54,288 bases of DNA, taken from contig JBFGZE010000012.1 in assembly GCA_041586955.1 (NCBI GenBank), positions 1-54,288 on the forward strand. The letters are read 5' to 3'. Numbering within the stretch: position 1 is the first letter of the stretch; every line of letters starts with the position of its first letter. This DNA comes from Bacteriovoracaceae bacterium (GTDB lineage: Bacteria > Bdellovibrionota > Bacteriovoracia > Bacteriovoracales > Bacteriovoracaceae). Under the pieces are notes generated by a model, which was not told where the DNA came from, searched no databases, and saw only the letters and a program-made list of their open reading frames with translations. A program made the position numbers and the translations under genes. Shown piece by piece: positions 1-9,600 of the stretch.

Positions 1-182
1 CTCCCGCGCAATGGGGCAAGCATAATGACCGGATTATTACCTATGGCCATTCGCTGGCGATCGATCCTTGGGGCACAGTTTTAGTGGATGGTGAAGAGGG
101 AGAGAAGTTTGTGACGGCGCAAATCGATCTCGCGAAAATTCAAGAAGTTCGCGACTCAGTGCATATGGAGTCTAAGCTTTAA
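1..182 (+). CDS. Carbon-nitrogen hydrolase/nitrilase family (Nit1-like), 3' end only
   Basis: Frame from base 3 reads PAQWGKHNDRIITYGHSLAIDPWGTVLVDGEEGEKFVTAQIDLAKIQEVRDS..., the typical YGHS-x-I-DPWG C-terminus; stop TAA at 180-182. Confidence 0.85.
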   Translation, partial: PAQWGKHNDRIITYGHSLAIDPWGTVLVDGEEGEKFVTAQIDLAKIQEVRDSVHMESKL

Positions 183-199
183 ATATTATCAAACGAAGC

Positions 200-457
200 T
201 TATTTATAATAAGGGTTTTCGCCTTTATCGTGATCTGTGAGGTCAATAACCTCTTCAATCTCAGGGAAAGTTTGCTTAATTAGTCTTTCGACACCATCTT
301 TGAGAGTGGCAGAAGAGCTTGAGCAGCCTTGGCAGCCGCCCATCATTTTGACATAGACCTTATTATTATCAACATCGATGACCTCAATGGATCCACCATG
401 AGAGGCCAGTGATGGTTGAACTTGTTCTTTTAAGAGGTTTTCGATTTTTACTAACAT
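200..457 (-). CDS. NifU/NfuA C-terminal domain Fe-S cluster carrier
   Basis: P-x-L-x-SHGG, GGCQGC motif, TLKDGVE, TDH..GENPYY terminus. Confidence 0.9.
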   Translation of the reverse strand: MLVKIENLLKEQVQPSLASHGGSIEVIDVDNNKVYVKMMGGCQGCSSSSATLKDGVERLIKQTFPEIEEVIDLTDHDKGENPYYK

Positions 458-467
458 GATTTTTGTC

Positions 468-1355
468 CTATTTCATGAGTCTATAGTTTCTATATTCCCC
501 TAAGCGGTGCCCTGTCAATTTTTCGATAAAGTCAGAGAACATTAGTCCGGGAATTTTACGGTCTAGCTCTAAAGGCATACTAAGAATATCTAGATCATTA
601 CGGTTTTGAGCAATCCAATTGGTCATTACTTGAGGGTGAGTTTGGTTAAATTTTTTCAGGCCCCAGATTTTTTTATAAGCGTAATACTCGGATTCATGAT
701 CTTGGCCATGATAGAGCTTATTAAAGGCCTGGTTTTTGGCATTCATCAAAGTTTCCTGGCGGGCCCAGCCATAATGGAAAATGCGTGCTTTAATTCTTTC
801 GCATAATAATTTTTGATCGTTTTGAGTGCGAAAGCCTTGAGCATCTTTCCAGGATTTAATGCCTTGATGGTTTTTTATTAGGCGCACTTCGCGGCGGTAA
901 ACATTACGGGTATGTTTATAAATATCCACATTGCCGTAGAAATGAAGATAATCGAAAACCAATCCTTGAAGCGTGGGGTTTTGCTCCAGGTTTTGAATAC
1001 CTTTTTCAATTAGGGGTAGGTCTACTTCATGGAGGGCCTCGTCGCCTTGAAGGTATTGGCAATATTTCCCCTGACATTGGGCCAAGGCAATATTGGTATG
1101 TTCCGCGAGGATTTCGCCGCCCTTGGTTTTATTGGGGTCCCAAAAAGATTTAACAAAACGAAATTTATCGGCGGTGAGAGAGTCGTTGAGGTAATCCCAA
1201 GTGCCATCGTCTTTTTCAAGATTGGGGTCTTCAAAACCCACATTGATGATGACCTCATCACATAGGGGTTCCATGCTTTGCACGCTCTCCAAAAAAGGAT
1301 AACCCAGACTAAGGCCGTGCTTAATAAATGTGAAACCAGATATCATTTTACTCAT
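468..1355 (-). CDS. Glycosyltransferase family 2 protein
   Basis: N-terminal SGFTFIK..GYPF.ES, YLQGDE (DxD-like), HYGWAR motifs. Confidence 0.75.
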   Translation of the reverse strand: MSKMISGFTFIKHGLSLGYPFLESVQSMEPLCDEVIINVGFEDPNLEKDDGTWDYLNDSLTADKFRFVKSFWDPNKTKGGEILAEHTNIALAQCQGKYCQYLQGDEALHEVDLPLIEKGIQNLEQNPTLQGLVFDYLHFYGNVDIYKHTRNVYRREVRLIKNHQGIKSWKDAQGFRTQNDQKLLCERIKARIFHYGWARQETLMNAKNQAFNKLYHGQDHESEYYAYKKIWGLKKFNQTHPQVMTNWIAQNRNDLDILSMPLELDRKIPGLMFSDFIEKLTGHRLGEYRNYRLMK

Positions 1356-1364
1356 GGTTATCCA

Positions 1365-2099
1365 TTATAGAGAAGAATTCTGGTCTTTCAATAAATGCAA
1401 TTGGCCGAGGGCCGCAAATGTGGCGATTTCGACTCTTAAAGTTGATTGGCCCAGGCTGATGGGGAGAAAGCCATGGGAGAGAAAGGATTCCTCTTCCATA
1501 GCGGTCAAGCCGCGTTCAGGGCCAAAGGCCAATTGAATGGGGCGGCCAAAATCGATGGGGTAATCCTGAAAGGTTTTTTTGGTATTAGTACAGAGAAGAA
1601 AGCGGTTGTTTTGTGGATGGGGTTTGCCCAAAAGCTGTGGCAGGGTGGTGACATGGACCTGCGGCATTTGATAATAGAGGCGCGATTGGGATAGGCCTAA
1701 GGCCATTAACTCCTCTAGAGAATCAGATTCATATATTTTTGATTGAGAATAAGACTTTTCGGAGAGTTCGGCCTGGTAAAAGTTAAATGACTGAATGCCT
1801 AATGAAGTGCCATGCTCGAGCAGTTTTTTTACCGTGGGAGGACGGCAAAGACCGGTCCATAGCTCGACAAAAGGTTTTACACCATTATTGATTTTTTCAA
1901 TGACTTGCAGGGCGGCCTTATTTTTAGAGATTTCCATTAATTGTGCTTTGGCCAGGCCTTGATTGATCAGGCAGACAATTAAATGATCGCCAGGAGTTGC
2001 CTTAAGGATTTGATTAAGATGTTCGATGCGTTTGGAATCATTGATGATATAAAACGAAGGTTTTTTCTCATCTTTTTCAAATAAATAAAACGCATTCAC
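1365..2099 (-). CDS. rsmE: 16S rRNA m3U1498 methyltransferase RsmE
   Basis: SPOUT motifs FGPERGLT..EE and SLGQSTLRVEIA; HL.QILK N-terminus. Confidence 0.9.
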   Translation of the reverse strand: MNAFYLFEKDEKKPSFYIINDSKRIEHLNQILKATPGDHLIVCLINQGLAKAQLMEISKNKAALQVIEKINNGVKPFVELWTGLCRPPTVKKLLEHGTSLGIQSFNFYQAELSEKSYSQSKIYESDSLEELMALGLSQSRLYYQMPQVHVTTLPQLLGKPHPQNNRFLLCTNTKKTFQDYPIDFGRPIQLAFGPERGLTAMEEESFLSHGFLPISLGQSTLRVEIATFAALGQLHLLKDQNSSL

Positions 2100-2166
2100 A
2101 ATAGAGTTCCTCTTTTCAAGTCGTTAACCATACCTATAGCGAAATCCTTCTTGCTCGTCAAAGGCC

Positions 2167-3201
2167 ATGAAGTCAATACTACCTTTGCTTGTGCCCAATC
2201 AATGCCTTTTACTGACAGCTCCTACTGCGTGGGGGAAAACCTCAAAATTATTGGATATGATCGAGGAGTCTAAGGCCCAATGGGTTTTCTTCTCGCCGCT
2301 AAAAGCAATTAATACTCAGGTTTTTGGGCGACTAAAATGGCAGGCGACGACTCTCATGCCCCGCCGGGAAGATTTTAAACATTGTCTACAATCCTTTCTC
2401 CATAAAAAAACCAAATGCCTGGTGGTCACACCAGAGGTCATTCCCTATGAATTAGAGTTTTTTATTGCAGCAATTCCCGAAAAAACCATTTTTGTCTTCG
2501 ATGAATTTCATCTTTTTTATCAATGGGGCGAAACTTTTAGGCCTTTATTATTAGATCTTTTACGGGAAGTTGCAGGGAGCGGGCGCCCTTTATTGGGAAT
2601 GACAGCGACTTTTTCCCCTCATCTTCTGACCTCTTGGAAACAGGAATTTACGATTAATTATGATCATCTTTTCTATTTAGATATTGGCAATTTCAAATGG
2701 AAATACGCTCCTACCCGGTGTTTTTATTGGGGCCCGCTAAAAGTAGAGACATTTTTGAGTCGCTGCCTTCCTCAGCTTATGGGCCCAGAACCCGGCTGCT
2801 TATTGGTCTTTTGCCGCTACCGTCAGGAAGTTATTTTTTGGCAAGAGTATTGGCAGCGTCGGGGCCTTTTGGTTTTGGCCTGTGTTGGAGGGGGAGTGGA
2901 CCAATTTCAAAAGCAATTGGCGGAATGCCCTGGAGTGCAGGTGATCTTTGCCACAACAGTGTTGGGGTTCGGCGTGAATTTACCCTTGGTGCGCTCGGTG
3001 ATTTTAAGCTATCGGGTCAAGAATAAAGCGGATTGGCATCAAATGGTGGCGCGCGGTGGCCGCCAGGGCCAGGCCTTTTATCTATATCACCGTAATGGGG
3101 AATTATTTAACTCCTGGCGTCAGCGGTGGGGGAGTTTTTTCAGCTTGGCGCTGGCCTTGGTGTCAGTGTTTTTCAGACAAGGCCAACTTTGGTATAGATA
3201 G
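2167..3201 (+). CDS. DEAD/DEAH-box SF2 helicase core (RecQ-like, minimal)
   Basis: APTAWGKT (I), SPLKA (Ia), DEFH (II), MTAT (III), ATTVLGFGVN (V), QMVARGGR (VI). Confidence 0.8.
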   Translation: MKSILPLLVPNQCLLLTAPTAWGKTSKLLDMIEESKAQWVFFSPLKAINTQVFGRLKWQATTLMPRREDFKHCLQSFLHKKTKCLVVTPEVIPYELEFFIAAIPEKTIFVFDEFHLFYQWGETFRPLLLDLLREVAGSGRPLLGMTATFSPHLLTSWKQEFTINYDHLFYLDIGNFKWKYAPTRCFYWGPLKVETFLSRCLPQLMGPEPGCLLVFCRYRQEVIFWQEYWQRRGLLVLACVGGGVDQFQKQLAECPGVQVIFATTVLGFGVNLPLVRSVILSYRVKNKADWHQMVARGGRQGQAFYLYHRNGELFNSWRQRWGSFFSLALALVSVFFRQGQLWYR

Positions 3202-3204
3202 GGC

Positions 3205-4002
3205 ATGCAGACTAAAGTTGAAGGTCTTATTCTCTCAAAAACTCCTTATCAGGAACGGCATTCTATTGCTCGTCTTTTATTGCGTAATGGAAAACGTATC
3301 TCGGTTATGTTTTATGGCGGCCAGGGTGGTGGTGCCAAGAAAAAAGGTACGACCTTAGAGATAGGGAATATGCTGCGGCTAGAAGTGAGTCAGGGCAAGA
3401 GAACCGACCATTTATATAAAGCGCGTGAATGGATGGCCTTGTGGTACCACAAACAAATTCGTTACCAGCATAAGGCCTTTTACCTGATGTGCTTTATGGT
3501 GGAGCTCATTGAAAAATTATCCATTGATGATGATTTACACGATGCCAATCGTTTGGAAATTGAAGAGGCATCAAGCGGACTTTTTTCTGTTTTAAGCAAT
3601 GCCATTTTTTCTATGGATCAGCGTCTGGAAGTCGATCAATTTAAGATGGAAGGGGATCTTTGTTTTTTTCTGGCGAAATTATTAATCGAGCAGGGGGTTT
3701 TCCCGCAGATGCATAATTGCTGCCTTTGTTCTCATCAAATTCAAACGGAACGATCCTCAGTTCTTTTGCCGGAGAAAGGCGGGTTTGCCTGTGAGCAATG
3801 TATGCACGGGCATGATGGCCATCGCGATATGGATCATTTTGATCTTCATCAGGATTTATTAAAAATTTCTCAAACTAAATATATTGAACTCAAGAATTAT
3901 CAAATCAAGGCGGTTGGTGTGGAGCGAATTCTGGTTCATTATGTGCTTTATCAAATGCATATGAGGCCAAGTCATTTTAGGTCATTATCCCTTCTTCTAT
4001 GA
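3205..4002 (+). CDS. recO: DNA repair protein RecO
   Basis: N-terminal OB-fold pattern (EGLILSKTPYQE), C-terminal CxxC...GGFACxxC zinc finger, typical length. Confidence 0.8.
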   Translation: MQTKVEGLILSKTPYQERHSIARLLLRNGKRISVMFYGGQGGGAKKKGTTLEIGNMLRLEVSQGKRTDHLYKAREWMALWYHKQIRYQHKAFYLMCFMVELIEKLSIDDDLHDANRLEIEEASSGLFSVLSNAIFSMDQRLEVDQFKMEGDLCFFLAKLLIEQGVFPQMHNCCLCSHQIQTERSSVLLPEKGGFACEQCMHGHDGHRDMDHFDLHQDLLKISQTKYIELKNYQIKAVGVERILVHYVLYQMHMRPSHFRSLSLLL

Positions 4003-4115
4003 TGAATCACTCCTTTGATCGGTAATTATTACTGCTATCCGAGCAATACATTGTTTCTCTGTAATTATTTTACTAAATAGGTCTTAGAAGTAATCCATAT
4101 CCAAAAAATAGGAGA

Positions 4116-4613
4116 ATGCATATGAAATCAATAATTGTAGGACTCACAATTTTCGCATCAATTTCCGCATTTGCCGAGACTGATATTCAAATTAAGGTTC
4201 AATCAGACAGTGATTTATCTGTTGTCGCAACTGGAACATACTTGGCCACTAAAAATTCATTTTTTTGTAAAGAATTTTCGATGAATGATGGATCTCCAAC
4301 AAGAGTGTTTAAAAGACGATATGAACATTTTAAAAGCAGTAATGGAGTGGTTTCAATCCCAAAATCTATAGATTCGAAATGCAATTATAAGCGAGTTGGT
4401 GGAGGCTCTCTGGCATTTGAAATTCCAGGAAAGGCCGAAGCATATAACGTCGTTTCAATTTCTTTAGGTCAAGGTGATCTTACTGATCAAGTTGTTAATT
4501 GTTCCGAAATTATTTCAGGTCCCTCTAATGACAAAAAGATGATGATCAGCTGTTATGGTGATATTAGAACAACTGATGATGGAAAGGCATCGGTTTTAGT
4601 TAATAAAAACTAG
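4116..4613 (+). CDS. Hypothetical secreted protein
   Basis: AGGAG RBS, Sec signal ending AFA, four Cys in the mature part; no recognised domain. Confidence 0.75.
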   Translation: MHMKSIIVGLTIFASISAFAETDIQIKVQSDSDLSVVATGTYLATKNSFFCKEFSMNDGSPTRVFKRRYEHFKSSNGVVSIPKSIDSKCNYKRVGGGSLAFEIPGKAEAYNVVSISLGQGDLTDQVVNCSEIISGPSNDKKMMISCYGDIRTTDDGKASVLVNKN

Positions 4614-4719
4614 TTTAAAAAAATTAATAATGGTCTCAACGTTCTGACTATAAAAGCAAAACTGGGCATTGTGTTGATCTAGATAGCATTGAAAAGTCAA
4701 TTGAAAGAAATTATTAGTA

Positions 4720-4811
4720 GGCCTTGCCTAGCAGCAATGCGTGTATGGGCATGATGGGGGTAGCAATATAGATTATTGTGACCCTCATCAGGGTTTATTA
4801 AGGATTTCTCA
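4720..4811 (+). pseudogene. Diverged duplicate of a 3'-proximal recO segment
   Basis: Ungapped hand alignment to 3781-3872 gives 70/92 identical nt; encodes QQCVYGHDGGSNIDYCDPHQGLLRISQ vs recO EQCMHGHDGHRDMDHFDLHQDLLKISQ. Confidence 0.85.
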
Positions 4812-5576
4812 GAGAAAAAATTATGTTTATTGATAAGAAAAACTTTTAATAAGATTAAAAGTTATAAGCTCTAAATTGAACTCGCTTAACTTTTTTTAAT
4901 ATCACTTCAAATTCCATGCAAGATATTTTGTTTGAATATAAGAACCCCAACCTCCAAGATCTGGAGTATAGGGTTTTTACATTTTACATTTTACATTTTT
5001 AAAAACTATATTTCTAAGGGCACTCAACCTTCAAAATGAGTCGCCATTTGGCAAATCATCTCTGCCCATCCCTGTCTTGGGTCACGAACTCTATGCTTTA
5101 TCCTCATGCAAGGACCAACTTCTTTAAAGTTGTATAGGGAAGGATGTACATCTTCTGGTGAATGGAGGTTTTGATAACTTTTGAATTTTGTCCTTCTTCG
5201 AACTAATTTCTGTAAAAATAGTTCATTATGATTTTTTTTGGAAACATTTCTCAAGCCTATAAAGAAAAGTGATTGTTTATAAGGTGAGTATTAAAATTGT
5301 AAAAAATAAAAGTTTTATTAATTATATCAAATTAATTGGATGAAAAAATTCGGATTGGGTCATGCTAACTCGTAGGTATTAGTTAGTGTAGGGGGCGTTC
5401 GTAATATTACTAAAATAAGTCCGATACTCTATAGGCAGGTTTCCTTAGTAAAAGTCCTGGTGGAGGGAGAACCTCCCTGATCACAGGTGACAACTAGGCC
5501 AGTATTCTTATTCTAAAGGAAGTTGGGTGTCTACCCCGGTCTAGGCAAAGACGAGTCAAACTTTTAGGATCTCACA

Positions 5577-5789
5577 ATAATTTTTGATCCTCAATACCTT
5601 ATATTTCTTTATAACGACGACGTTGATATGCGGAAGAATCACAAAAGTAATATTCTTTGACGGGAATGGTTTTGTTTTGATTTACAAAAAAATTGAACGA
5701 GGTTGATTAATGTCTTTTGATAACCTAAACAACGTCACCGAAATTAGCTTTCCTTGATTCTCAACGGTTGCCAAATCCCATTATCATAA
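5577..5789 (+). mobile_element. IS66-family TnpB (Orf2) accessory gene remnant
   Basis: Fragments FLYNDDVDMRKNH and KVIFFDGNGFVLIYKKIERG* in different frames match IS66 TnpB motifs (DMRK...DG.G..L..K.LE.G); internal deletion, frameshift and stop. Confidence 0.8.
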
Positions 5790-5862
5790 TCGGGTAAAAA
5801 ACTCTCATTAAAACGATAGATTTTTCTGGGCCTTTCGTTAAGACTATTTTAAAATACTCAGT

Positions 5863-6078
5863 ATGTATGATTTCGATAACGAAAACGAAAATGATAAGGA
5901 TTTTTTAAGAGAAGCAGGAAAGGTGCTTCAAGAAAGGTTAATAGTTGCCGAGTCTAAGCTTATTTAGGATCAGATTTAGCAGACAAAAGACGAGGAGCTC
6001 AAGAAAAAGCTTACTGAAGAACTCTCTATCCTACCGAAAAGGACCTTCGGTTCAAAACAAGAGTGCAAGGCCATCTGA
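5863..6078 (+). mobile_element. IS66-family TnpC transposase N-terminal remnant
   Basis: MYDFDNENE...LTEELSILPKRTFGSKQE with two in-frame stops; resembles the coiled-coil plus FG.kSE start of IS66 TnpC and follows the TnpB remnant directly. Confidence 0.6.
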
Positions 6079-6089
6079 ATATAAAGATT

Positions 6090-6400
6090 AGGAGTTGAAG
6101 TCTACTCCTATCGTAGTTCTACATCAACGAGAAGGTCTATACCTCCAAAATTTAACGCTTTAAGGTGCACTTGATTTTGCACTGTTCGAATTGAGACAAC
6201 GAGCTTTCTATTTTTCTTTTTAAAACAGAGAGAAGTCTGGCCATAAATAATTAAACTATGTTTCATAGGAACCAACTTTTAAGTAGCCAGATTTATCGTT
6301 ATCGCCATTCCTAATTTTAGCTTTCAAGTTCGGAAGCTTTTGGTGAACTTTTGTTGGTGTTGTAGTGACTAAAACAATAATTTATTTCAAAGGCTTATTC
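6090..6400 (-). pseudogene. LysR-family regulator remnant (substrate-binding domain)
   Basis: Minus strand reads SGYLKVGSYET*FNYLWPDF, then after a frameshift KRKNRKLVVSIRT...LKALNFGGIDLLVDVE; boundaries approximate. Confidence 0.5.
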
Positions 6401-6612
6401 ATTTTACACGGCCGTAGACGCTAGGTCGTATAATCCGGAAATTGGTGGAAACGAAAAAATGGGCAAAAAGCCCGTTATATCTGCGTATAATTTAGTTTAT
6501 ATGCGTCTACTTTGCGAATTAAGTTTTTGTAAATAATAAATATTTATGCCTCATGGTTTTGGCAGGAGAAAATCAACAATTTATGGGACTTTCAAGGAGT
6601 TAACTTATCTTG

Positions 6613-6639
6613 TTTAGGAATTTTCTATTTCTCCGATAC
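6613..6639 (+). promoter_or_regulatory. Candidate sigma28 (FliA)-type promoter for the large lipoprotein gene
   Basis: TTTA-N15-TCCGATAC vs consensus TAAA-N15-GCCGATAA, about 30 nt upstream of the ATG at 6670. Confidence 0.4.
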
Positions 6640-6669
6640 AATTACTGTCAATCAGTCGTCGGAGGACAA

Positions 6670-9600
6670 ATGAGAGCATTTCTTTTAATCTTGGGTTTAA
6701 TATTTTCTGTTGGGTGCGTCCCTAAAAATAAAAAAAAGAGTAATAGGGACTTAAGTTCGGTGAACAAGGCACTCAGTTTAACGACAAGTAGTACTCACCA
6801 ATTTCTTACTTCTTCTATTAGTAAGTCAGGTAATGACGCTGAAGAAGATTTAAGCTCTGGCAAAGTGGATTTGGATAGTAGCGATTTAGAAATGCCATTT
6901 GACCGTAGTGATAATCAGGTTGTGGCCTTAAGATTCGACGATTTAGCATTGCCTCCAAACTCAAGAGTCATTAGTGCTTATATCCAATTTACTGTCGATG
7001 AAAGAGATAGTAGCGATATCACATTGGCGATTCATGGGGAAGATACAAATGATGCCGATGGCCTAATGTCATATTCTAACAATTTATCAAAGAGAAAACG
7101 AACAGCTGCTTCTGTGAGTTGGACACCTCCCTCGTGGAACACAAAATATAAAGCTGGCCCTGATCAACGAACCCCTGACATCTCTCGGGTTCTTCAAGAG
7201 ATCGTCGACAGAGGTGATTGGAAGGGGAATGACGATGTTGTGATTCTTATCTCCCGCCTTTCTGGAAATGGAAAGAGGGTGGCAATATCTTATGATGGCG
7301 ATCGTTCTTATGCTCCAAAGTTATTTGTAGAATTCGATACGAATAGTTCTTCAGGTTCAGAACCTGCTCCTGCACCTGCACCTGAACCCGCTCCAGAAGC
7401 ACCAATAGTTTCTTCCATCACAAAAAGTCAGGTATCAGCAAGTTCTGATGATGCAGAAGAGAATTCAAACGGAGTTATGGATCTAACTAGCAGTGACTTA
7501 GAGCTTGTAAACGAGTACTCTAAGCAAACTATTGGAATAAGATTTTCTGCCCTAGATGTACCTCAAAACTCCGTCATCACCAAGGCCTATATCCAGTTTA
7601 AGGTCGATGAAGCGACTACCGGAAGCACAAAGCTTAACATTTATGGTGAGCGTGTAGGGAATGCTCTTAGTTTTAGCAATACAAGTAATAATATCAGTGG
7701 CCGAACTAAGACCCAAGCATCCGTAACATGGTCACCTGCTGATTGGGGCAGTGTCGGCGCCTTGGGAGCTGAACAGCGTACTTCTGACCTTAAATCAATT
7801 ATTCAAGAAATCGTCTCTCAATCCGCCTGGAATAGAGGGAATGCTATGTCCTTTATTATAACTGGTGAAGGGAAAAGAGTGGCCGAATCTTATGACGGTG
7901 ATAAGTCAGGAGCGCCGATGCTTTACGTTGAGTATGCGGCAGCGGAAGGATCTGAATCTACACCTCCGGTCACAGAGTCATCAACACCTCCGACGATAAA
8001 GTTAACCGCACCTATTAATGGGGCAGTTGTTTCAGGAACTATCAATTTGCAGGTCGATGTGACGGACGATACAGGAGTAGCAAGTGTTCAATATCAATGG
8101 GATAGTCGCAATATAGGCTTACCGGTGAAAACGGCTCCTTATAGTCTAAAGTGGAATACGGCCGAAATAGGAGATGGTTTTTACACCTTGACCGCTATTG
8201 CAACAGATTTGGATGGAAATACCAGGGTCTCTAATTATGCTGTTGTTCAGATTGCCAACAAGGCGAGCAGCACTGGTCAAGAAACTCCAGCACCATTACC
8301 AACTACAGGCAATACCCTAAATGTACCCGCTCAGTACCCAACGATACAGAAAGCTGTCGATGCTGCCAAGGCAGGAGACCTGGTGTTGATTGCACCAGGA
8401 AGTTATACTGGTGGAATTAAAATTTCCTCACACGGGATTACCCTTGCATCTGATTTCATTCAATCGGCGGATAGCAATGATGTAAAAAATACGATCATTA
8501 AGGGAGGAGAGCCGGTTATTATGATTGATGGGAATGCTGAAAATACAAAAATCATTGGCCTAACGATTCTTAACGGAAGAAAAGGTGTGCAGTGTTATGT
8601 GTATTGCGAAGTTCGAAATAACTTTTTTGATAACGTCGACTCAGATGCTATGAGCTTAGAAAGTACTGGCGGAAAAATTATTGGTAATGAATTTATCAGT
8701 TCCGGTGATGATGCCATTGATATGGATGGCCCAGGTGAATCATTGATTTCAGACAATAAAATTAAGATATGTAATGATGATGGCATTGAGATACGTAATT
8801 TTGATTATTCTGGTTCAACAGTAAATGTTGTCATACGAAATAACATAATTGATGAGGTGGGAGAAGATGGAATACAATTGATAGACTACCCTGCAAACTC
8901 AAATAGAATCTTTACTTTTGAGAATAATATAATCACGAATAGTGACGATGCCGGGATTGGTCTAATGTCTAATGGAGAAACAAAAGAGGATTTTAGAGCG
9001 GCAAGTATGCCAGAGAGAATCTATGTTTTTAATAACACGATTGTTGGCAATCAAATTGGTTTGTCTGGAGGTGATAATTTAGTGGCCGTAAATAATATTT
9101 TTGCGGAATCATCTACGTACGCAATAAAAGGGGTTAATGGTAATTCAATAGTCGCTCATAATTTATACTATAATACCAGCGGAAATATTCTTGATTCTAA
9201 TGTTGATCAAGCGACAATGATAAATGCAAACCCTAAGCTTAGCGCAAGTTATGAGCTACTAGATGGAAGCCCTGCTATTGATAAGGGTACGAAAGAATTT
9301 GTTTTTGGGGGAGAGATCGTTTTAAAGCGGAGTGTTTACTCTGGATCGAATCCAGATTTAGGAAGTAAAGAATATAATCTTAGTACAACGAGAACAATAG
9401 AACCGGAACCGGCCCCAGAGCCAGAACCGGCCCCAGAACCAGCACCAGAACCAGAGCCAGCACCAGTACCGTTACCAGTACCAGAAACAAGCGTTGAGTT
9501 AGATTTCGACTTTCTAAATATAACTGGAAATGACAAGGATCTAGTGGAGGGAACATTTAATCCATCGAGCTTGGCGAACCTAGGAACACAGTCGAAACGA

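Noticed and set aside
4960..5000. Imperfect hairpin AAGAACCC..CTCCA/TGGAG..GGGTTTTT followed by about three ATTTTAC units
   Set aside because: Too short and AT-rich to support a REP, iteron or CRISPR call.
5024..5254. 76-aa minus-strand ORF
   Set aside because: TTG start, no RBS or recognisable motif; may be a remnant but cannot be supported.
6440..6480. GGAAA...GGAAAC...TGGGCAAAAAGCCCG resembling a c-di-GMP riboswitch
   Set aside because: Only scattered motif words; I could not build the P1/P2 pairing of either class. It would need an Infernal search.
9336..9536. Gly/Ser/Ala-repeat minus-strand ORF
   Set aside because: Reverse complement of the PEPAPE linker of the real gene.
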